Below are positions 1-4,522 of a stretch of DNA of 8,374 nucleotides, piece after piece. The stretch's first letter is position 1. The number at the start of each line of letters is the position of its first letter. The stretch is from a virus (taxonomy: Duplodnaviria; Heunggongvirae; Uroviricota; Caudoviricetes). Location of the stretch: IMG/VR virus record IMGVR_UViG_2690316286_000006; one strand, given 5' to 3'. A program made the translations under genes and the position numbers. The notes beneath the pieces were generated by a model, which made no database searches, was not told where the DNA came from, and saw nothing but the letters and a program-made list of their open reading frames with translations.

Positions 1-30
1 AGCCGCATTCACCGCATCACAAAATTCACT

Positions 31-141
31 TTAAAAAGGGCGGACATCAGCCAGCAATGAAACTGATGCCGCCAAAATCCACTCATAAAGTTCATCATCG
101 GTATAGTCTGGCGCGATGATGACGGGTTCTCGTTTCTGCAT
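31..141 (-). CDS. small hypothetical prophage protein (36 aa, MQKREPVIIAPDYTDDELYEWILAASVSLLADVRPF)
   Basis: ATG at 139-141 (minus) preceded by GAGGAA at about 6 nt; stop TAA at 31-33. It is the C-terminal part of the 90-aa ORF in the track, whose upstream part reads as low-complexity out-of-frame overlap with the neighbouring gene. Below the 60-aa cut-off of the track. Confidence 0.4.
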   Translation of the reverse strand: MQKREPVIIAPDYTDDELYEWILAASVSLLADVRPF

Positions 142-169
142 ACTGATTCCTCGCGTGCTGTTTCGCTTA

Positions 170-298
170 TCAGCCGTTAGATTTTGCCGAACTGGAAAGC
201 GCCTGTTTAAATTCGCTGAAGCTGAGAGCTTCTTCGCCTTCGGCAAGGCCTTCGAAGTATTCTTCGTAAGCCTTTTCCATGATTGTGTCGAAATCCAT
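170..298 (-). CDS. small acidic hypothetical prophage protein (42 aa, MDFDTIMEKAYEEYFEGLAEGEEALSFSEFKQALSSSAKSNG)
   Basis: ATG at 296-298 (minus), 1 nt after the stop of the upstream 51-aa gene (translational coupling); stop TGA at 170-172. Size and position recall the small ydaF/ydaG-type genes flanking the Rac repressor, but I cannot confirm identity from memory. Confidence 0.45.
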   Translation of the reverse strand: MDFDTIMEKAYEEYFEGLAEGEEALSFSEFKQALSSSAKSNG

Positions 299-299
299 A

Positions 300-455
300 T
301 CACTCACCTGAGTTTCTTTCCAGCCAGCGACGCGCGCCAGCTTCGGTTTTAAACGTTTTGCTTTTGGTATAAGTCATGGCGGTGAACGTTCCATCCTGGT
401 TGGGGAACACGCCACATACCAGAGATTCGTTGTTGCCAAGATCGATAGTATTCAT
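300..455 (-). CDS. small hypothetical prophage protein (51 aa, MNTIDLGNNESLVCGVFPNQDGTFTAMTYTKSKTFKTEAGARRWLERNSGE)
   Basis: ATG at 453-455 (minus) with GAGG 6 nt upstream; stop TGA at 300-302. Not in the ORF track because it is under 60 aa. Confidence 0.5.
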   Translation of the reverse strand: MNTIDLGNNESLVCGVFPNQDGTFTAMTYTKSKTFKTEAGARRWLERNSGE

Positions 456-599
456 GTTGACCTCATTTCCCCTTAACGCCGGGTGGCGGAACTAAAACCT
501 GCTGCACTGCAAAATTTGAACCCTGCCGTCATGTTCTTACGCCTCGGGCTGGCTACTTAACCCCTGACCACTGCCTGGTAACTCGAAGTATTGCCCTGC

Positions 600-727
600 G
601 TTCTGTGGGGCGGGGTGGGTTGATGGATACAATCTACAAATTAAAATTTAATTGGTCAATATATTTATTATTAAATTTGTAATTGCGAACGATTGCATTA
701 GTCCCAAAATGGGACTATCATGCAGTT
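600..727. promoter_or_regulatory. AT-rich promoter/operator region upstream of higB
   Basis: AT-rich tract 630-690 between divergently oriented genes. Inverted half-sites TACAAAT (635-641) and ATTTGTA (675-681). 14-mer TTAAATTTGTAATT (671-684) identical to 1913-1926. Perfect inverted repeat GTCCCA-AAA-TGGGAC at 701-715, 13 nt before the higB ATG. No convincing -35/-10 pair could be pinned down by eye. Confidence 0.45.
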
Positions 728-1030
728 ATGAAGATCATCTCAGTTAAAACACTCAGGGATTTTTGGGCGGAGAATCCCGATGCAGAACAACCGCTAAGGG
801 CATGGGTGGATGAGGCAGCAAAAGCTGACTGGAAAAGCCCGGCAGACATTAAGGCACAATACCGAACGGCTAGTATATTGAAAAGCCGGCGTGTGGTATT
901 CAACATAAAAGGTAATCATTACCGTTTAATTGTTGCAATTGCGTATCAGCGAGGATGGGTATTTGTTAAATTCATCGGAAGCCACAAGGAATACGATGCC
1001 ATTGATGCTGATACCATCGAACTGGAGTAA
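728..1030 (+). CDS. higB: type II toxin HigB (RelE/ParE-fold mRNA interferase, YgjN-type), 100 aa
   Basis: Translation MKIISVKTLRDFWAENPD...VVFNIKGNHYRLIVAIAYQRGWVFVKFIGSHKEYD aligns from recall with E. coli HigB (VFN...HKEYD C-terminal motif, N-terminal MxxIxxKxLxD). Toxin-first order with antitoxin 2 nt downstream. The track ORF starts at TTG 683; the ATG at 728 matches the homologue N-terminus. Confidence 0.85.
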   Translation: MKIISVKTLRDFWAENPDAEQPLRAWVDEAAKADWKSPADIKAQYRTASILKSRRVVFNIKGNHYRLIVAIAYQRGWVFVKFIGSHKEYDAIDADTIELE

Positions 1031-1032
1031 GC

Positions 1033-1392
1033 ATGAACATCAAACCTATTCGTACAGAGCAAGATTATGAAGCCGCGTTGCGTGCTGTTGAGCCTATGTT
1101 CGACAATGAACCGGAAATTAACACGCCTGAGGGGGATTTCTTTGAGGTGATGTGTTTGCTAATAGAGGAATATGAAAAAAAACATTATCCCATTGAGCCA
1201 CCATCCCCAATTGAAGCTATAAGATTTCGCATGGAACAGCAGGGGCTGACCGTGAAAGATTTGGAACCCGCAATTGGGAAAAAAAATCGGGTTTACGAGG
1301 TGTTGAATGGCACCAGAAGCCTTACGTTACCAATGATTCGCCGTCTTCATAATCAATTTGGTATCCCCTTGGAAAGCTTGGTGGGATTATAA
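1033..1392 (+). CDS. higA: HigA antitoxin, HTH (XRE-type) DNA-binding protein, 119 aa
   Basis: ATG 2 nt after the higB stop; GGAG inside the higB 3' end acts as SD. C-terminal ...RSLTLPMIRRLHNQFGIPLESL matches the HigA HTH region (compare E. coli HigA ...LTLEHAKKLATRFGISPALF, recalled). Confidence 0.85.
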   Translation: MNIKPIRTEQDYEAALRAVEPMFDNEPEINTPEGDFFEVMCLLIEEYEKKHYPIEPPSPIEAIRFRMEQQGLTVKDLEPAIGKKNRVYEVLNGTRSLTLPMIRRLHNQFGIPLESLVGL

Positions 1393-1418
1393 AATCTGCT
1401 AGTCATTTGCCTGATACT

Positions 1419-1436
1419 CGTTCCAGAAAAGGAACG
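1419..1436. terminator. hairpin between convergent higA and repressor genes (candidate bidirectional terminator)
   Basis: Perfect 6-bp stem CGTTCC/GGAACG with 6-nt loop AGAAAA, 26 nt after the higA stop and abutting the repressor stop (1439-1441). A T-run (1446-1457) exists but is 10 nt away and inside the repressor gene, so the intrinsic-terminator call is weak. Confidence 0.3.
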
Positions 1437-1438
1437 CA

Positions 1439-1831
1439 TCAGGCAGTTTTGTTTTTCTGCCGCAGTAACTCTTCAAGTTTTCGTTTATAGAAATCGCGTT
1501 TTTGCTCCATATCTCGAATGATCTGCTCTGCGTCGCTTTGAGGTAACTCATCTAAAAGCGATATGATTTTTCGTTGCTGTTCTGTAAGTTGCGGTTGGTT
1601 GTCATTAGTGGATACAGCCATCTTATCGCCGAGAGCTTCTTCTTCCATAAAGAACCAATGGACGGGATGTTGTGAGAGCTCTGCTAATTTTTCCAGTTTA
1701 TCCATTCTTGGCATCACGCCTTTCAACCAACCTTGCACGGATTGGGGTTTTACACCAAGACGTCTTCCCAGCTCTGACTGGTTTATATTCAATTCCTGCA
1801 ACACCTGCTGAAGGCGTTTTACAAAGATCAT
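1439..1831 (-). CDS. prophage repressor, XRE/Cro-CI family HTH protein (RacR/CI-like), about 130 aa
   Basis: HTH signature NINQSELGRRLGVKPQSVQGWLKG near the N-terminus; charged helical C-terminal part; no S24 peptidase-like motif evident. Divergent from a Cro-like gene across a 126-bp AT-rich spacer. Start taken as ATG 1829-1831 (minus); the GTG at 1835-1837 is an alternative. Confidence 0.8.
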   Translation of the reverse strand: MIFVKRLQQVLQELNINQSELGRRLGVKPQSVQGWLKGVMPRMDKLEKLAELSQHPVHWFFMEEEALGDKMAVSTNDNQPQLTEQQRKIISLLDELPQSDAEQIIRDMEQKRDFYKRKLEELLRQKNKTA

Positions 1832-1837
1832 CACCAC

Positions 1838-1957
1838 CCCTCGAAAACTAATCTCGCAATTCTACAGAAAAAATTGATAAGTGGCATTACAAATAGAAGT
1901 TGAAATTTAAAATTAAATTTGTAATTATCGATGCCATCGTAAAGTTTGGAGGGAAAC
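1838..1957. promoter_or_regulatory. divergent promoter/operator region between repressor and ydaS (PRM/PR analogue)
   Basis: AT-rich spacer between divergent HTH genes. Inverted half-sites TACAAAT (1888-1894) and ATTTGTA (1917-1923). Rightward candidate -35 TTGAAA (1900-1905) with -10 near 1922-1928; leftward -10-like TAGAAT on the minus strand (plus 1859-1864). SD GGAGGG at 1948-1953 before the ydaS ATG. Promoter hexamers are by-eye guesses. Confidence 0.5.
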
Positions 1958-2230
1958 ATGCAAAAAAGTACTCAAATAAAAATCCTGTCGATAATGAGCC
2001 AATCAGAATTAGGGCGTCGTCTTGGTAAAACTCCACAAACCATAAGTGGGTGGTTTAAAAAACGAGTTCCTGCGGAGGAGGTTATTCCTGCATGTGAGGC
2101 GCTTGACTGGGGAGTGACTCCGCATGAATTGCGCCCTGATAAATACCCTAACCCGACCGACGGTTTACCTGTTGGATGTAAGGTTAACAGATCAAATGAA
2201 CCGGAGTTGATTCATGAAAATCAGGCATGA
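1958..2230 (+). CDS. ydaS: Cro-like HTH regulator, YdaS family, 90 aa
   Basis: ATG 1958 with GGAGGG SD 5 nt upstream (track ORF starts at TTG 1946). HTH SQSELGRRLGKTPQTISGWFKK and the conserved ...ELRPD... motif recalled from E. coli YdaS. First gene of the rightward operon. Confidence 0.8.
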   Translation: MQKSTQIKILSIMSQSELGRRLGKTPQTISGWFKKRVPAEEVIPACEALDWGVTPHELRPDKYPNPTDGLPVGCKVNRSNEPELIHENQA

Positions 2231-2639
2231 ACACATCCGCATGGCGATGAATACCTGGGCGCATCCGGACGGTGAGAAAGTACCGGCTGCAGAGATTACC
2301 AAAGCGTATTTTGAACTGGGAATGACGTTTCCGGAGCTGTACGACGATTCACATCCGGAAGCCCTGGCTCGCAATACTCAGAAAATTTTCCGCTGGGTGG
2401 AGAAAGACACCCCTGATGCAGTTGAAAAAATTCAGGCGTTGTTACCAGCGATCGAAAAGGCAATGCCACCTTTGCTGGTGGCCAGAATGCGCAGCCACAG
2501 TTCAGCTTATTTTCGGGAGCTGGTGGAGACGCGGGAACGACTGGTGAGAGATGCTGATGATTTTGTCGCAGTGGCGATCGCCGGTTTCAACCAGATGAAT
2601 CGTGGTGGCCCGGCGGGAAATGCCGTGGCTGTACATTGA
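2214..2639 (+). CDS. ydaT: YdaT-family protein (toxic early protein of Rac-like prophages), 141 aa
   Basis: Begins MKIRHEHIRMAMN..., matching the N-terminus of E. coli YdaT as I recall it. GGAG SD at 2203-2206; overlaps the ydaS 3' end by 17 nt. The reading frame is confirmed in-window: against the divergent copy at 3540-3857 most differences are synonymous third-position changes. Confidence 0.85.
   Translation: MKIRHEHIRMAMNTWAHPDGEKVPAAEITKAYFELGMTFPELYDDSHPEALARNTQKIFRWVEKDTPDAVEKIQALLPAIEKAMPPLLVARMRSHSSAYFRELVETRERLVRDADDFVAVAIAGFNQMNRGGPAGNAVAVH
2474..2526 (+). other. two Chi octamers (5'-GCTGGTGG-3') 45 bp apart within ydaT
   Basis: Exact GCTGGTGG at 2474-2481 and 2519-2526, same orientation. 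The duplicate block has the second octamer at 4392-4399; the divergent allele keeps only one (CCGCTGGTGGCT, around 3697-3704). Confidence 0.6.
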
Positions 2640-2649
2640 GGAAGCATTA

Positions 2650-3381
2650 ATGAAATCATCGACGCTTGAGAAAAACCAGAAGGTTTTCAGCCCCTTTAAT
2701 AAAAATCTCGGGGGAGTGAAATTCGTAAAGACCATCAACAGAATAACTACCGCAATTTTCGCATGCCTTCTCATATGCCATGAAGGCATGGCTGAGTCTT
2801 CGCGCTTTCCTGGCGCTAAGCATTCTTTCGAGTTCAGCGATATCACGCGGGCTAATTTGCACTATGTTGAGAAGCCCTTTTCTGGCAAGGTTAATTTTTT
2901 GCATCAATTCGGCCGCGATAGGATCTGCGATTGCGTTGAATTCCTTGCGTCTGTCCCTGTTTACTGCCAGCCAATGACCGAAACAGATACCCAACCCAAA
3001 GGTAATCACGGTCCATATGAACGAAATGAGAGCTGGATTCGTATTGAACAAGGTAACAAATTCACTCCAGATAGTATCCATGGTTCTCGCCGATTACTCC
3101 TGGTTCTGCTGGCTGGCGCTGTGATTGTATTTCCGTCAGGGGTTTACTTTGGTCTAAAGGCAGTATGCAGACGTGATTATGCCCGAAGACGTTATACAGG
3201 GAAAGCACCGGTTCTTGGTGTTCTTTCAGTCCTGGTAATCCCGAAGAAAGTGAAATGTCGCAGATGGCAGATCTGGGAGCAGCGTCAATGGTTCCGTGAT
3301 ATGAACCTTAGTCACGGTATTGATATTGCGTACCAGGATACCCGGAACTGGAAAAAACTGGTAGCGGAGCGCTGGTATTAA
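2650..3381 (+). CDS. hypothetical protein, 243 aa (ORF X), in accessory cassette between ydaT and the initiator; coding status uncertain
   Basis: ATG 2650 with GAGGAAG SD 5 nt upstream, 10 nt after the ydaT stop; stop TAA 3379-3381 lies 2 nt before the initiator ATG (operon-like packing). The last 100 codons (3082-3381) lie outside the minus-strand ORF and use CTG-rich Leu codons. Against: W, C and R content is unusually high, and the ORF is in exact antisense register with the 141-aa minus ORF. The track ORF starts at GTG 2602 inside ydaT. Confidence 0.4.
   Translation: MKSSTLEKNQKVFSPFNKNLGGVKFVKTINRITTAIFACLLICHEGMAESSRFPGAKHSFEFSDITRANLHYVEKPFSGKVNFLHQFGRDRICDCVEFLASVPVYCQPMTETDTQPKGNHGPYERNESWIRIEQGNKFTPDSIHGSRRLLLVLLAGAVIVFPSGVYFGLKAVCRRDYARRRYTGKAPVLGVLSVLVIPKKVKCRRWQIWEQRQWFRDMNLSHGIDIAYQDTRNWKKLVAERWY
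2656..3081 (-). CDS. hypothetical membrane-anchored protein, 141 aa (N-terminal TM helix ALISFIWTVITFGLGICFGHWLAV, charged helical C-terminal domain); coding status uncertain
   Basis: ATG at 3079-3081 (minus); stop TGA at 2656-2658, 16 nt from the ydaT stop (convergent). Protein-like layout with one hydrophobic helix followed by amphipathic charged segments. Candidate -10 TACAAT on the minus strand (plus 3124-3129). The SD is weak or distant (AGGAG 15 nt upstream). Frequent AGA/AGG Arg and CTT/CTC Leu codons. Exact antisense register with ORF X. Confidence 0.4.
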   Translation of the reverse strand: MDTIWSEFVTLFNTNPALISFIWTVITFGLGICFGHWLAVNRDRRKEFNAIADPIAAELMQKINLARKGLLNIVQISPRDIAELERMLSARKARRLSHAFMAYEKACENCGSYSVDGLYEFHSPEIFIKGAENLLVFLKRR

Positions 3382-3383
3382 TT

Positions 3384-3529
3384 ATGGCTACTTCATGGCT
3401 CAGATTATGGCATGACATGCCAAATGATCCCAAGTGGCGAACAATTTCCAGGGTGTCAGGGCAGCCAATCGCAACGGTGATGGCGGTTTATGTTCACCTT
3501 CTGGTGAGTGCGTCACGAAATGTCACGAC
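3384..3529 (+). CDS. O-like replication initiator, N-terminal fragment cut by N-gap (MATSWLRLWHDMPNDPKWRTISRVSGQPIATVMAVYVHLLVSASRNVT...)
   Basis: ATG 3384 two nt after the ORF X stop. Identical to 5257-5402. Ends in the first two GTCACG iteron copies (3512-3527) before the gap. Confidence 0.6.
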
Positions 3530-3539
3530 NNNNNNNNNN
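3530..3539. other. assembly gap (10 N)
   Basis: Run of n. Sequence on either side belongs to different genes (initiator 5' part, then ydaT 3' part), so it is a scaffold join, not a small sequencing hole. Confidence 0.95.
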
Positions 3540-3857
3540 ATGACGTTTCCGGTTCTGCATAACGACAGCAAGCACAACACGCTTTATCTCAACACCCAAA
3601 AGATTTTCCGTTGGCTGGATAAAGACACCCCTGACGCTGTTGAAAAAATTCAGGCGTTGTTACCTGCGATCGAAAGGGCAATGCCACCTCCGCTGGTGGC
3701 TCGAATGCGCAGCCACAGTTCAGCTTATTTTCGGGAACTGGTGGAGACGCATGAACGACTGGTGAGAGACGCTGATGATTTTGTCGCAGTGGCAATCGCC
3801 GGTTTCAATCAGATGAACCGTGGTGGCCCGGCAGGAAATGCTGTGGCAGTACATTGA
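3540..3857 (+). CDS. ydaT: ydaT-like gene, 3' fragment (C-terminal 105 aa) of a divergent allele/paralogue; 5' end lost in gap
   Basis: MTFPVLHNDSKHNTLYLNTQKIFRWLDKDTPDAVEKIQALLPAIERAMPPPLVARMRSHSSAYFRELVETHERLVRDADDFVAVAIAGFNQMNRGGPAGNAVAVH parallels ydaT residues 37-141 with mainly synonymous DNA changes in the conserved part; stop TGA 3855-3857. Confidence 0.65.
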   Translation: MTFPVLHNDSKHNTLYLNTQKIFRWLDKDTPDAVEKIQALLPAIERAMPPPLVARMRSHSSAYFRELVETHERLVRDADDFVAVAIAGFNQMNRGGPAGNAVAVH

Positions 3858-3928
3858 CTGACAATAGCCATATCGAATCGCTCCCGGCAACTCGTGAGTA
3901 AAAAGATTCGGTATCAGAAGAGGTGAGT

Positions 3929-4370
3929 ATGGCTAACGCCTGGCTCAGATTATGGCATGACATGCCAAATGACCCTAAGTGGCGAACAATTGCCAGGGTG
4001 TCAGGGCAGCCAATTGCAACAGTGATGGCAGTGTATATCCACCTCCTGGTGAGCGCGTCACGAAATGTCACGCGAGGTCACATTGATGTCACGACAGAAG
4101 ATTTGGCAAGTGCGCTCGACGTGACAGAAGAGGTAATTGATTCAATTTTGCAGACGATGCAGGGGCGGGTACTTGATGGTGATTTAATCACTGGATGGGA
4201 AAAACGCCAGGTGCTTAAAGAGGACAACGGCAATATTTCGCAAACCGCAAAATCTCCTGCAGAGCGCAAGAGGGCGCAGCGAGAGAGGGAAAGAAAGCGG
4301 GAACAAAATGGCGATTGTCACGGCGCGTCACGAAATGTCACGCACATGTCACGACGAGTCACGACAGATA
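3929..4370 (+). CDS. O-like replication initiator, divergent allele, 5' part (MANAWLRLWHDMPNDPKWRTIARVSGQPIATVMAVYIHLL...); 3' end lost in gap
   Basis: ATG 3929 with GAGGTG upstream, 71 bp after the ydaT-like stop and with no cassette in between. Homologous to 5257 onwards with mostly third-position differences. Contains iteron clusters at 4057-4093 (4 copies) and 4317-4363 (5 copies). Confidence 0.65.
4057..4093 (+). repeat. iteron cluster 1 of the divergent allele: 4 direct GTCAC(G/A) copies at 10-11 bp spacing
   Basis: GTCACG at 4057, 4067 and 4088, GTCACA at 4077. The corresponding cluster in the other allele (5385-5442) has 6 copies. Confidence 0.7.
4317..4363 (+). repeat. iteron cluster 2 of the divergent allele: 5 direct GTCACG copies at 10-11 bp spacing
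   Basis: GTCACG at 4317, 4327, 4337, 4348 and 4358; near-identical to 5819-5865. Confidence 0.7.
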
Positions 4371-4381
4371 NNNNNNNNNNN
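4371..4381. other. assembly gap (11 N)
   Basis: Run of n. Joins the initiator mid-gene to the ydaT 3' end, so it is a scaffold join. Confidence 0.95.
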
Positions 4382-4512
4382 ATTTTCGGGAGCTGGTGGA
4401 GACGCGGGAACGACTGGTGAGAGATGCTGATGATTTTGTCGCAGTGGCGATCGCCGGTTTCAACCAGATGAATCGTGGTGGCCCGGCGGGAAATGCCGTG
4501 GCTGTACATTGA
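4382..4512 (+). CDS. ydaT: ydaT 3' fragment, exact duplicate of 2509-2639
   Basis: Identical by eye to the end of the full ydaT gene; start of the redundant block 4382-5402. Confidence 0.6.
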
Positions 4513-4522
4513 GGAAGCATTA

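Noticed and set aside
31-303. 90-aa minus-strand ORF from the track
   Set aside because: Only its last 36 codons look like protein and have their own SD and ATG. The upstream part is an out-of-frame shadow of the 42-aa gene at 170-298. Replaced by two small genes.
116-352. 78-aa plus-strand ORF
   Set aside because: Antisense to the three small minus-strand genes, Cys/Phe/Arg-rich with no SD; typical shadow ORF.
683-727. TTG start extending HigB by 15 residues
   Set aside because: The homologue N-terminus aligns with the ATG at 728, and the TTG lies inside the AT-rich operator motif with no SD.
718-2374. Track ORFs 718-906 (-), 1563-1811 (+) and 2192-2374 (-)
   Set aside because: Each is fully antisense to a well-supported gene (higB, repressor, ydaT) and has a Cys/Ser-rich, low-complexity translation.
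2502-2977. Track ORFs 2502-2846 (-) and 2780-2977 (+), with duplicates 4318-4719 and 4653-4850
   Set aside because: Alternative frames across the ydaT 3' end and the cassette; shorter than, and nested in, the two better candidates; no start signals.
3589-4269. Minus-strand ORFs 3589-3795, 3805-4071 and 4078-4269
   Set aside because: Antisense to the ydaT-like fragment and the initiator allele, whose frames are confirmed by synonymous-site variation between copies.
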